DNA of 64,000 bases from Spirochaetia bacterium (GTDB lineage Bacteria; Spirochaetota; Spirochaetia; UBA9216). Both the position numbers and the translations under genes were made by a program. The notes beneath the pieces are model-generated. The model did not search any database, had not been told where the DNA came from, and saw only the letters and a program-made list of their open reading frames with translations. Positions 20,542-30,298 of the stretch are shown here, one piece after another; position 1 is the first letter of the stretch; each line of letters begins with the position of its first letter. The stretch is taken from positions 3,456,001 through 3,520,000 of the forward strand of contig OY776510.1 of the NCBI GenBank assembly GCA_963675665.1, written 5' to 3'.

Positions 20542-23500
20542 AAGCGTTAAGGATCTCGAAAAGATTAAAGCAGCTAACAAGGAAAAACTTGATTTCAGGC
20601 TTCTTTCAACTACTTCTTCAGAGAATATCAGGGAAGAAATGATCTCAAAAAGCGGCCGCTACGATATAGCCCTGTGTATGGGTACAAGCTGTCAGTCGTC
20701 AAAATCCGTTGAAGTAGCAGCAGCACTTGAGGAAGAGATAAAAAAGAACGGGATGGAAGACAAGGTTACACTTGTAAGAACCGGTTGTAACGGATTCTGT
20801 GCTGTAGGCCCGATAATGGTTATGTATCCAGGTGGCATTCTTTATAACGGAATGTCTGCTGAAGACGTTCCGGAAATTTTTGAACAGCATATACTCAATC
20901 ATCAACTGGTTGAAAGATGCATGTATCACCACCCGGTATCCGGTGCGGTAATTCCGCATTATATGGATTTGCCTTTTTTTGCAAAACAGGAATTGAGAGT
21001 ACTGCGGAACAAGGGCGTTATTGATGCGGATAGTATCGACGAATATATAGGCAGAGACGGCTATTTCGGATTTGCAAAGGCACTTACTGAAATGGACCCT
21101 CAGGAAGTTGTTGATGAAGTAAAAAGTTCAGGCTTGCGCGGACGCGGCGGCGGAGGGTTTCTTACAGGACTGAAATGGTCTTTCTGTAAAAACTCAAAAA
21201 GCGATAAGAAATATATCCTTTGTAATGCAGATGAAGGGGATCCCGGCGCATTCATGGACAGAAGTATTATTGAATCTGATCCGCATTCCGTCATAGAGGG
21301 TATGCTTATCGGTGCATACGCCATTGGAGCAGACGAAGGTTATATATACTGCCGTGCTGAATACCCGCTGGCGCTTAAACGCCTGGAAACTGCAATTACC
21401 AAATGCGAAGAATACGGAATCCTGGGAGATAATATTCTCGGAACGGATTTTTCGTTCAGATTGCATATTTCAAGAGGATCCGGAGCATTTGTTTGCGGTG
21501 AAGAAACAGCTCTTATGAATTCAATCGAGGGCAAACGCGGAGAACCCAGACCAAGACCGCCGTTTCCTGCAGTCAAAGGACTATGGGGAAAACCTTCGGT
21601 ATTAAATAACGTTGAAACTTTTGCAAACGTACCTCTTATACTTCATAACGGGTATGAATGGTACAGAACAACAGGTACGGAAAATTCGCCAGGAACAAAA
21701 ATATTTGCTCTTACCGGAAATGTTGTAAACGTCGGACTGGTGGAAGTGCCTATAGGAACAAGCCTCGGAGACCTGATATATGAAATAGGCGGGGGAATGC
21801 AGGACGGAAAGGCTTATAAATCTGCCCAGATAGGCGGCCCTTCCGGCGGGTGTATACCGAAAAGCCATCTGAGTATATCGCTTGATTTCGAATCGCTTCA
21901 GGAGCTCGGTGCAATAATGGGTTCCGGCGGACTGGTTGTTATGAGCGAAGACACCTGTATGGTCGATGTTGCAAAATTCTTTCTTGAATTCGTTCTTGAA
22001 GAATCATGCGGAAAATGCGTTCCGTGCCGCGTCGGAATAAAGAGGATGCATGAAATTCTTGAACGCATATCCGAAGGTATGGGAGAAGAAGGCGACATAG
22101 AAAGACTTATAAAGCTCGGTACCATAATCAAGCAGACATCGCTTTGCGGTCTCGGTCAGACTGCGCCGAACCCTGTTCTTTCTACAATTCAGCATTTCCG
22201 AAAAGAATATGAAGATCATATCATACACAAACACTGTGAAGCGGGAGTTTGCCCGGGACTGGTTCGTGCGCCCTGTCAGAGCGCTTGTCCGGCCGGCGTT
22301 GATATTCCTGGTTTTATTTCGCTGATAAAAGAAAAACGATATGCAGAGGCTCTTCAGCTGCATCGTGAAAAAAATCCTTTTGCAGCAATATGTGCAAGGG
22401 TATGTTTTCATACATGCGAAGACAAGTGCAGACGAGCCATGCTTGACGACCCTGTTTCTATAAGGGCTTTAAAACGATTTCTTGTTGAACAGGAAATTGT
22501 CGTTCAGTTACCTGAAGTTCTGGAAAATAACAAAAACGCGGTCAAAAAGGTAGCTATTATCGGCGCCGGTCCTGCAGGTCTTTCCTGCGCTTATTTCCTG
22601 GCAAGGCTGGGTTACCAGCCGAAGGTTTTCGAAGCAGAAAGCCGGCCCGGCGGAATGCTTACCCAGGCCATTCCCGCTTACAGGCTTCCCCGTGAGGAAA
22701 TTGCCCGCGAGATAAGAATGGTTGAGCGGATAGGCGTTGATATTAACTGCGACATGAAGCTCGGCAAGGATTTTACCCTGAAGGGTCTCAAAGACGAGGG
22801 ATATGAAGCGGTTTTCCTGGCAACCGGAGCCCCGGTAGGTACGGCTCTCGGTATACCCGGAGAAGATGCCGACGGAGTTGATGATGCGCTGACATTTTTG
22901 AAACAGTATAATATTCGTGGTAATGCAAGGATAAAGAAAAATGTTCTTGTTATAGGAGGCGGAAACGCAGCTATAGACGCTGCCCGAACGGCAATAAGGC
23001 TTGGTGCCGATTCAGTAACAATTGTTTACAGGAGAAAACGGAGCCAGATGCCAGCATACCAGGAAGAAGTTGAAGAAGCGATTGTAGAGGGTGTAAAACT
23101 TCTTGATCTTACCCAGCCTGTAGAGGTTGTAAAAACGGCAGACGGCAAGGTTTCAGGATTGAAATGTCTTCATATGACGCTCGGTGATTTCGACAAACAG
23201 GGACGGAGACGTCCTGTTAAAGAAAGCGAGGACTACTTTGTTGTTAAAGGCGACCAGATAATTGCAGCTATAGGGCAGGGCCTGGACTCAAGTCTGTTCG
23301 AAGGTATTGAAGGACTTGAATATACAAACAAGGGTTTTGTTAAAATCGATGAAAGTACAGGACAAACTTCCGTTAAATGGCTTTATGCAGGAGGTGATAC
23401 ATCATCAGGTCCGTCTTCGGTTGTTAAGGCCATACATGCAGGAGAAGTTGCAGCCGTTGGAATAGATTATGAATTAAGCGGCGAAGATCATGCTTTCTGG

Positions 23501-23719
23501 CGTGAAGAGAAGATGAATGATACAAACTTTGACCCCGACCGTGATCCGGTTCCATACCCGCGGGAGAAAGTGCCGTTGGTTCCAGTTGAAAAACGACGTT
23601 CGAATTTTGACGAAGTAGAGCTTCCATGGACTGAGGCAGTCGCTCTGCGGCAGAGCGAAAGATGTTTAAGATGCGATTACGGTAAACCTGTAATACCCAG
23701 GGAGGTTATAAATGACTGA
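20534..23719 (+). CDS. hydB: [FeFe]-hydrogenase beta subunit (NuoF-like) fused to a GltD/NfnB-like FAD/NAD(P)H domain
   Basis: GLRGRGGGGF, NADEGDPGAFMDR, ESCGKCVPCR, then APCQSACP, GAGPAG, GGGNAAIDAAR, YRR, RCLRC. Confidence 0.9.
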   Translation: MVKSVKDLEKIKAANKEKLDFRLLSTTSSENIREEMISKSGRYDIALCMGTSCQSSKSVEVAAALEEEIKKNGMEDKVTLVRTGCNGFCAVGPIMVMYPGGILYNGMSAEDVPEIFEQHILNHQLVERCMYHHPVSGAVIPHYMDLPFFAKQELRVLRNKGVIDADSIDEYIGRDGYFGFAKALTEMDPQEVVDEVKSSGLRGRGGGGFLTGLKWSFCKNSKSDKKYILCNADEGDPGAFMDRSIIESDPHSVIEGMLIGAYAIGADEGYIYCRAEYPLALKRLETAITKCEEYGILGDNILGTDFSFRLHISRGSGAFVCGEETALMNSIEGKRGEPRPRPPFPAVKGLWGKPSVLNNVETFANVPLILHNGYEWYRTTGTENSPGTKIFALTGNVVNVGLVEVPIGTSLGDLIYEIGGGMQDGKAYKSAQIGGPSGGCIPKSHLSISLDFESLQELGAIMGSGGLVVMSEDTCMVDVAKFFLEFVLEESCGKCVPCRVGIKRMHEILERISEGMGEEGDIERLIKLGTIIKQTSLCGLGQTAPNPVLSTIQHFRKEYEDHIIHKHCEAGVCPGLVRAPCQSACPAGVDIPGFISLIKEKRYAEALQLHREKNPFAAICARVCFHTCEDKCRRAMLDDPVSIRALKRFLVEQEIVVQLPEVLENNKNAVKKVAIIGAGPAGLSCAYFLARLGYQPKVFEAESRPGGMLTQAIPAYRLPREEIAREIRMVERIGVDINCDMKLGKDFTLKGLKDEGYEAVFLATGAPVGTALGIPGEDADGVDDALTFLKQYNIRGNARIKKNVLVIGGGNAAIDAARTAIRLGADSVTIVYRRKRSQMPAYQEEVEEAIVEGVKLLDLTQPVEVVKTADGKVSGLKCLHMTLGDFDKQGRRRPVKESEDYFVVKGDQIIAAIGQGLDSSLFEGIEGLEYTNKGFVKIDESTGQTSVKWLYAGGDTSSGPSSVVKAIHAGEVAAVGIDYELSGEDHAFWREEKMNDTNFDPDRDPVPYPREKVPLVPVEKRRSNFDEVELPWTEAVALRQSERCLRCDYGKPVIPREVIND

Positions 23720-25475
23720 TCTTAAAATTAATGGAATTGAAATCTCCGTCGAAGACGGAACTACTATACTTGAAGCAGCAAAAAAGCTTGGAATCGAAAT
23801 ACCTTCTCTCTGTTACCTTGAAGGACATCAGCCTCTGGGCGCATGCCGTGTATGTGTTGTTGAAGTGGAAGGCGCGCGGACGCTTATGCCGTCCTGCGCA
23901 ACCCCTGTAACGCAGGGTATGGTGGTACAAACCAATACAAGAAAAGTCCGTGAGGCAAGACGCCTTGTTGTTGAACTGCTTCTTAGTGAACATGAAGGCA
24001 ACTGCCAGTATTGCGACAGAAGCAGTGATTGTGAACTTGAAGCTATTTCATCAATTCTGGATATATCAAAACCCAGGTATGTCGGAGAAAAACCGGATAC
24101 GCATTTTGACTATTCGACAAAGGCACTTATACGGGATACCGGAAAATGCATAAAATGCCGGCGTTGCGTTACCGCATGTAACGAAATCCAGGGTGTCGGA
24201 GCTATTTTCCCGCAGAATCGGGGTTATGAAACTGTAATCGGTCCTGCATTTACATCTGATTTGGCCGATGTTCAGTGTGTTCAATGCGGACAATGCGCAG
24301 CGGTTTGCCCTGTAGGAGCAATTACAGAACGTTCGAATATAGATGAAGTATGGGATGCAATCGATAACCCGAATAAACATGTTGTAGTACAGACTGCTCC
24401 TGCAATCAGGGCCGCCCTTGGAGAATGTTTTGACTATGAGCCTGGAACACTTGTTACCGGCAAGATGGTTACCGCGCTTCGTTCACTTGGTTTTGATGCA
24501 GTTTTCGACACAAACTTCACTGCAGATCTGACAATTATTGAAGAAGGAACCGAACTGCTTACCAGGTTGAAGAAAGCTCTTGTCGATAAGGAGCCGGTTG
24601 CGCTTCCGATGTTCACCAGCTGTTCACCGGGATGGGTAAACTATGCTGAATACTTTCAGCCCGCTTACCTTGATAATATTTCAACATGCAAGTCTCCACA
24701 GCAGATGTTCGGCGCTGTTGCAAAAACATATTATGCACAGAAGAAGGGCATTGATCCGAAAGACATGGTTGTAGTATCAGTCATGCCGTGTACTGCCAAG
24801 AAATACGAAGCAGCACGAGCAGAAATGACCGACAGCGGTTTTACAGATGTGGATTATGTACTAACTACAAGAGAACTCGGCAAAATGATTAAATCAACGG
24901 GAATAGACTTTACAAGTCTGCCTGACGGTGAGATGGATAATCCGCTTGGAGTTTCATCAGGAGCTGCCGATATATTTGCAAATACGGGCGGTGTAATGGA
25001 AGCCGCTGTACGTACGGTTTACGAACTTGTAACGGGTACCGAACTTCCTTTTGAAAATCTGCATCTCAAACAGGTTGCCGGGCTGGAAGGTTTAAAAGAA
25101 GCAAGTCTGAAGATAGAGAACACTGTTCCCGACTGGAATTTCCTTGAAGGCGCTGAACTTAAAGTTGCGGTTGCACACGGCCTTGGAAATGCAGCTGAAG
25201 TTTTCAGGCGTCTTGAAAAAGAACCTGATCGTTATCATTTTGTAGAAATTATGACCTGTCCCGGCGGCTGCATCGGCGGCGGCGGACAGCCGAGGTTTAC
25301 AGACGATAGCGTCAGACTTAAACGAATTAACGCAATATATGCTGAAGATGAAGGAAAACCGATAAGAAAGTCTCATATGAATCCGATGATTACCCAGATT
25401 TATGAAGAATTTCTTGTGAAACCGCTGGGCGAGAAATCGCATCATCTTCTACATACGCATTATGCAAAAAAATAG
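23712..25475 (+). CDS. hydA: [FeFe]-hydrogenase catalytic alpha subunit (group A)
   Basis: H-cluster motifs TSCSPGW, MPCTAKKYE, EIMTCPGGCIGGGGQP; N-terminal 2Fe-2S, His-ligated and 2x4Fe-4S motifs; LLHTHY. Confidence 0.96.
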   Translation: MTDLKINGIEISVEDGTTILEAAKKLGIEIPSLCYLEGHQPLGACRVCVVEVEGARTLMPSCATPVTQGMVVQTNTRKVREARRLVVELLLSEHEGNCQYCDRSSDCELEAISSILDISKPRYVGEKPDTHFDYSTKALIRDTGKCIKCRRCVTACNEIQGVGAIFPQNRGYETVIGPAFTSDLADVQCVQCGQCAAVCPVGAITERSNIDEVWDAIDNPNKHVVVQTAPAIRAALGECFDYEPGTLVTGKMVTALRSLGFDAVFDTNFTADLTIIEEGTELLTRLKKALVDKEPVALPMFTSCSPGWVNYAEYFQPAYLDNISTCKSPQQMFGAVAKTYYAQKKGIDPKDMVVVSVMPCTAKKYEAARAEMTDSGFTDVDYVLTTRELGKMIKSTGIDFTSLPDGEMDNPLGVSSGAADIFANTGGVMEAAVRTVYELVTGTELPFENLHLKQVAGLEGLKEASLKIENTVPDWNFLEGAELKVAVAHGLGNAAEVFRRLEKEPDRYHFVEIMTCPGGCIGGGGQPRFTDDSVRLKRINAIYAEDEGKPIRKSHMNPMITQIYEEFLVKPLGEKSHHLLHTHYAKK

Positions 25476-25543
25476 TGTATTAGAGAGGATAAATATAGTA
25501 TAATGTGTATGATTGATAAATTAATAATAATCAGGAGGGCATT

Positions 25544-25978
25544 ATGAACCTGGGTGAATTGATTAAGAAAAAAGGCACGGAAGTTATTACGGTAAAATCA
25601 AAGAACACTATTGAAACAGCTCTTCATACAATGAATGAAAAGCACATAGGCGCACTGATGGTTGTTGATGATTCCGGTGAAATAGAAGGAATTATCAGTG
25701 AACGTGATTTTCTGATGGTCTGTCATAAATGCGGTGATGTAAAGTATGTAAAAGAGATTATGACACCGAAAGACAAGCTGATTACATTAACGCCAAAAGA
25801 TTCTCTTCAGAAAGCAATGAAGATCTTTACTGAAAAAAAGATCAGACACCTTCCTGTCACAGACAACGGCAAACTTAGCGGGATAATATCAATTGGTGAT
25901 ACTGTTAAAGCAATGCTTGATGCGCTGGAACAGGAAAACAAGTACCTTAACGAGTACATTATGGGACAGGATATTTAA
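25544..25978 (+). CDS. CBS-domain pair protein
   Basis: IGALMV, GIISERD, IRHLPV, GIISIGD. Confidence 0.92.
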   Translation: MNLGELIKKKGTEVITVKSKNTIETALHTMNEKHIGALMVVDDSGEIEGIISERDFLMVCHKCGDVKYVKEIMTPKDKLITLTPKDSLQKAMKIFTEKKIRHLPVTDNGKLSGIISIGDTVKAMLDALEQENKYLNEYIMGQDI

Positions 25979-26002
25979 GTTAAGTTATTTAATAAGAAAG
26001 AC

Positions 26003-26034
26003 GGCTGCCCGTAAAAAATACGGGTAGCCTTTTT
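26003..26034. terminator. Rho-independent terminator
   Basis: ggctgcccgt-loop-acgggtagcc followed by T run, between convergent genes. Confidence 0.75.
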
Positions 26035-26057
26035 AGTTAAAAGTATTTAAAACCAAA

Positions 26058-28013
26058 TCAATCAACCTGCATAAGAAAATCAAAATCATCATCTTCTGAA
26101 TCCCTTGCGAACAGGAGAAGCTCATCGTCATTTAAGGATGCAAATCTTCCGAAAGTTGTTGATTTGTCACTGTTTATGTCACGACTATGATTTGAATAAG
26201 TTGTCTGATAGAAGGCAAGTAATTTTTCCCTGTGAATGCCCATTTCAATCATTTTTGCAGCTGCTTTTCTGATAAGTTTTAATTTATTCTTCAAATCTTC
26301 TTCCGAATCAATACTCCATACGCCGAGCGCAACAGGTTTATCATCATTATTAAGATCTCCGGAAAATTCCCCTCGTAAAAGCTGGTCGCGCGGTTTGCCC
26401 AGGTATTGAACGAAATCAAGATGTTCTGCAAGTTTTCTGTCCGAGGCAATAAACTCGCCTGTTTCAGGGTCGATCGTAAAAATCATAACATTTTCAATCG
26501 CCTGCCCGTAGCTTTTCAGTCTGGCTCCGGTGAAAGTATTTTTTTTGCCGATGATTTTAACAAGATAATTTTTCCTATCTTTTATTTCCCTCGCTATTTC
26601 GAAAAGCCACTCTTTGAGTATTTTTCGCTCGCTTTTCAGATTATATATAAAATCTTTAAGCTTTCGGTTTCCGTTTACACCCTCGAAATATCCGAGTATT
26701 GTTCGGTAAATTGTTCTCATATTATTTGAGTTACTGAACATTAAAATAAGATCGAACATGAAAATTTCCATCTTTCTCAGCTGCCAGATATAAGTAATAA
26801 TTTGTGTGCGATCAAGCTCTTTACTGAAATCGAATTTCTCCCAAAGATCTTTAAATTCGTTGAAACGCCTGTTCATCTTTGTAAAACGCTGATCAATTTC
26901 AATATACGACTGGTGAAAACGTATTTTCCAGCTTGTACCGTATCGGCTGCTTGAAACAATTATGTTCTCGGCGCCGAAGGTGGAATAAATCTGAAGGGTA
27001 CCAAAACCTTCTCCCGCATTCCGGTGCTTTGTGGTTCTGCCGACAAACATCGGAAAACCTTCATTATCTTTTATAAGAAGCTCTTCAGGAATTCCGATTC
27101 CGTTATCGCGTATTGAAAGAATAATTTCATCGGAACGTTCTGCAAGAGAAATTTTTATAAATCCTTTTATTCCTTTTTCTTCAATTGCATCAAGAGCATT
27201 CGAAACAATATTGATAATTGCCCTTCCGATGTTTTCATGGTAACCAAGAACAGCCGAATTCTTTGTGTTTAGTTTTATCTGTAAACAACATTTTATTGGC
27301 GAAGCCTGAATAAAAGGTACAATTCGTTCAAGTATTAAATCTCGAAGATTTACTTCATGCATTATTTTACGTGAATCACGAAAATAATTAAGCATATTTA
27401 TAAGGGTGGTAGTCTCCCTGTTTATATCTTCAACAATCTTGTCGCAGTTTTCAGCAGAAAGTGAATCTACCATATGTGAGAGCAAACGAATCAGTTTTCG
27501 CGCATCATGCCTCGTTTTTCCAATTTCTACAGATTCCGGAAGTTTTTTAAATTCTGCTGTTCGGGCTTTTATAAGAAGTTCTTTTTCTGCTTTAACAAGG
27601 TAATAAACAAGATTTCGGTATACAAGCGACTCGCCCAGAGTAAAACCCTGCATTTTAAAAAACTCAAGAGTGTCCGCCTGTTTTTCCCAGATATAAAGAT
27701 ATATCTCGGCTTCTGACGGTATGGCATCTGCAAGATGGTTTATAAATGACTGTCCGATACCGCGTCCTCTACCGAAAGGGCTTACAACAATTTTGTAGAT
27801 ATGAAAGTTTTCCTGCTTTTCATCTGCATATACAAGCATATACCCGAGGATTTCACGTTCTTCAATCCATACGCAACTATAATCGTAGTTTTTCTCTATG
27901 GCCGAATCCCTGACATAGGGTGATGGAATAATGAAAGTATCGAGATTCAGTAAAGGATTTTTTCTGATTCTTGATTCGATTAATGGTGTCAGCTTAAAAA
28001 TGTTATTATTCAT
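26058..28013 (-). CDS. GNAT acetyltransferase-like domain fused to histidine kinase/HATPase_c domain and unknown C-terminal region
   Basis: VVSPFGRGRGIGQ (GNAT motif A); NIVSNALDAI, IRDNGIGIP, GEGFG (N/G1/G2 boxes). Confidence 0.78.
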   Translation of the reverse strand: MNNNIFKLTPLIESRIRKNPLLNLDTFIIPSPYVRDSAIEKNYDYSCVWIEEREILGYMLVYADEKQENFHIYKIVVSPFGRGRGIGQSFINHLADAIPSEAEIYLYIWEKQADTLEFFKMQGFTLGESLVYRNLVYYLVKAEKELLIKARTAEFKKLPESVEIGKTRHDARKLIRLLSHMVDSLSAENCDKIVEDINRETTTLINMLNYFRDSRKIMHEVNLRDLILERIVPFIQASPIKCCLQIKLNTKNSAVLGYHENIGRAIINIVSNALDAIEEKGIKGFIKISLAERSDEIILSIRDNGIGIPEELLIKDNEGFPMFVGRTTKHRNAGEGFGTLQIYSTFGAENIIVSSSRYGTSWKIRFHQSYIEIDQRFTKMNRRFNEFKDLWEKFDFSKELDRTQIITYIWQLRKMEIFMFDLILMFSNSNNMRTIYRTILGYFEGVNGNRKLKDFIYNLKSERKILKEWLFEIAREIKDRKNYLVKIIGKKNTFTGARLKSYGQAIENVMIFTIDPETGEFIASDRKLAEHLDFVQYLGKPRDQLLRGEFSGDLNNDDKPVALGVWSIDSEEDLKNKLKLIRKAAAKMIEMGIHREKLLAFYQTTYSNHSRDINSDKSTTFGRFASLNDDELLLFARDSEDDDFDFLMQVD

Positions 28014-28022
28014 TTTAATCGA

Positions 28023-28316
28023 TTATGTGTAAAATAGCGGTTCAAACATTCTTCCGAAGCGCTTTTTGGCCATCCATGGTTCTACAGTTTCTCTCCATTT
28101 CAGGTAATGATCTGTTTCCTTGTGTGCTACAACCGATACTTCATCACGGTAAACTTCATAAAGGAAAAACAAACCTTCGGTTTCTGATGAGCGACAAAGA
28201 TCAAACCTGATATTGCCGGTTTCCCTGATTGTATTAAGATGATTATCTTCCGTTGCTTTAATAAAATCATCTTCATGTCCCTGTTTTACATAGACTTCTA
28301 CACAATAAGCTATCAT
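28023..28316 (-). CDS. Antibiotic-biosynthesis-monooxygenase family protein (LsrG-like)
   Basis: ETGNIRFDL, FFLYEVY, HKETDHYLKWRETV. Confidence 0.85.
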   Translation of the reverse strand: MIAYCVEVYVKQGHEDDFIKATEDNHLNTIRETGNIRFDLCRSSETEGLFFLYEVYRDEVSVVAHKETDHYLKWRETVEPWMAKKRFGRMFEPLFYT

Positions 28317-28405
28317 TGCTATCCTCCGCTTATTATTATCCTATCATATTTTTTCGTGATATTTCAAAGGAATGATAAAAAAACATAAAACATGAAATAT
28401 TGAGC

Positions 28406-28763
28406 TGGAGGTGGGGGGAATCGAACCCCCGTCCTGACGGGCCCAACACAGGCGTCTACAAGCTTAGTTTTTTCTTGGTTTTTCGGAATCAGAACGGCGA
28501 AAAAACCTGCCAACTGACTCTATATTCTGAAAAAATGTCCCTGGTACTGCTCAGACTCAGCATCAGGTAAAGCACTGGTTTCTTTCAGGAGCAGCCGGTC
28601 TTCAGTGCAGCATACCGACGTCCCGCGCTGCATAATTAAGCAGCTAAAGCGTAATCAGCTTCGAAATTATCTTCGGCAATTACATTTAGGTCCAGTTTAA
28701 AGAGTTAGGGCTCTGCCTGCAGCCTGTACCGAAACATCCGCCAGTCGAAACCAGTGCACCCCC
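28406..28763 (-). ncRNA. ssrA: tmRNA; tag peptide (A)AEDNFEADYALAA
   Basis: 5' GGGGGTGCACTGGTTTCGAC pairs with 3' GGTTCGATTCCCCCCACCTCCA (G3.U wobble); tag ORF 28677-28636 ends YALAA-stop; smpB about 1 kb away. Confidence 0.96.
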
Positions 28764-28831
28764 GGTAAGGTGTGTTCAAAAAGAATATACAAACATTTCC
28801 ATTGAATTGCAATATGTTATATAATATTGTT

Positions 28832-29779
28832 ATGAATGAACTTATTAAAAGAATAATACCGGTTTTCCTGATTATCTTTATCGGGTACTTTATTAAACGA
28901 AAAAACGTTGTAACTGATGATGGAATAAAAACGTTAAAAAAACTTATCGTTACAATTTTTCTTCCTGCAAGTCTTTTCTTTGCCTTTCTTGACGCTGATC
29001 TTGATGAAAAATATCTGGTTCTTATTGCAGGTGTTTTTTTATTATGCCTTCTGCTTTATTTTATCGGGTTTGTTTTTAAAAAATTTAATGTTCTTGATTC
29101 TATCTACGGTGCAGAGTTCTTTACAGGATTCGAATTCGGTATGGTAGGGATTGCTCTTTTTTCAGGAATATTCGGAGTAAAAGCGCTTCCGGTAATATCG
29201 CTGATAGGACTGGGGCATGAATTTTTTATCTGGTTTGTTTATCTTCCGTTTCTGCAATCGCATTCGGATGAGTATAAAACCAGTTTTAAAGATGTTTTAA
29301 TCTCATTTCTAAAATCTCCGATTATAATCGCAATAATCGCTGCAATAATTTTTAATAAAGCAGGCCTTGCAAATACATTAAGAAATAATTTTATCAGCGG
29401 TGGTTTTTTAACTGCAGCGCAATGGTTTTCTTCAGTAACAATATCGGTAGTTTTAATTGTACTCGGCAGCAGTCTGAGATTTGAAAACATATCATTCCTG
29501 AAAAGTTTAAAATTCATAGCGCTCCGAATTGTTATAGTCGCTGCAGCCGCAGTCGGCGGATTCTTTGCGGTTAACAGGTTAATTCCTGATTTACCTGTTC
29601 TTTTTCCATATGCATGGCTTACCTTTTTTATACTTCCGCCTCCGTATATAATTCCGATTTATGTTCCGGATTCGCATAAAGAAGAAAACATTTTCCTTTC
29701 AAATACTATAATGCTGTATACGCTGATAAGCCTTGCAGTTTTTGTAGTTTTTCTTTTTATAAGTCCGCCGGCTCTTTAA
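28832..29779 (+). CDS. AEC-family (auxin efflux carrier-like) membrane transporter
   Basis: About 10 hydrophobic segments, IIPVFLIIFIGY, FLPASLF, SPIIIA. Confidence 0.8.
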   Translation: MNELIKRIIPVFLIIFIGYFIKRKNVVTDDGIKTLKKLIVTIFLPASLFFAFLDADLDEKYLVLIAGVFLLCLLLYFIGFVFKKFNVLDSIYGAEFFTGFEFGMVGIALFSGIFGVKALPVISLIGLGHEFFIWFVYLPFLQSHSDEYKTSFKDVLISFLKSPIIIAIIAAIIFNKAGLANTLRNNFISGGFLTAAQWFSSVTISVVLIVLGSSLRFENISFLKSLKFIALRIVIVAAAAVGGFFAVNRLIPDLPVLFPYAWLTFFILPPPYIIPIYVPDSHKEENIFLSNTIMLYTLISLAVFVVFLFISPPAL

Positions 29780-29809
29780 AAACCGGCGGTATTTCATTAT
29801 AAAGAACGG

Positions 29810-30298
29810 TTAAATTTTTTGTCTGAATTCACGCTCTACAGCACGTTTTTCATCACGGTTGCGGATTGTATCCCGTTTATCCTGAACGTTCTTTCCCCGG
29901 CAAATTCCTATTTCAACCTTGATTTTTGAGTTTTTCAGGTAAACTTTAAGCGGAACAAGAGTGAATCCTTTTTCATCAATCTTTCGCGACAGTCGTTTAA
30001 TTTCCTGTTTATGCGCCAGTAAACGCCTGTTGCGATCCGGCTCATGGTTATTTATATTTCCAAAATCATACTGAGAAATATGCAGCTGTATAAGCCATAG
30101 TTCAAGGTTTTTTACTATAGCATACGAATCGGAAAAAGAGAACTTTCCATTTCTCAGGGACTTTACTTCCGTCCCCTGAAGTTCAATACCGCACTCAAGG
30201 CTTTCTTCTACAGAATAATTAAATCGTGCTTTACGGTTTAATGCCAATATCTTGATACCGTCTTCAGTATATTCGTTTTTTTTGCCTTTTTTTGCCAT
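29810..30298 (-). CDS. smpB: SsrA-binding protein
   Basis: NRKARFNY, GIELQGTEVKSLR, RRLLAHK, DKR tail. Confidence 0.97.
   Translation of the reverse strand: MAKKGKKNEYTEDGIKILALNRKARFNYSVEESLECGIELQGTEVKSLRNGKFSFSDSYAIVKNLELWLIQLHISQYDFGNINNHEPDRNRRLLAHKQEIKRLSRKIDEKGFTLVPLKVYLKNSKIKVEIGICRGKNVQDKRDTIRNRDEKRAVEREFRQKI

Noticed and set aside
28406-28440. tRNA-like T-arm and acceptor sequence
   Set aside because: It is the 3' end of tmRNA; the matching 5' end and tag ORF are present. I saw no duplicated 3' fragment, so no island is inserted here.
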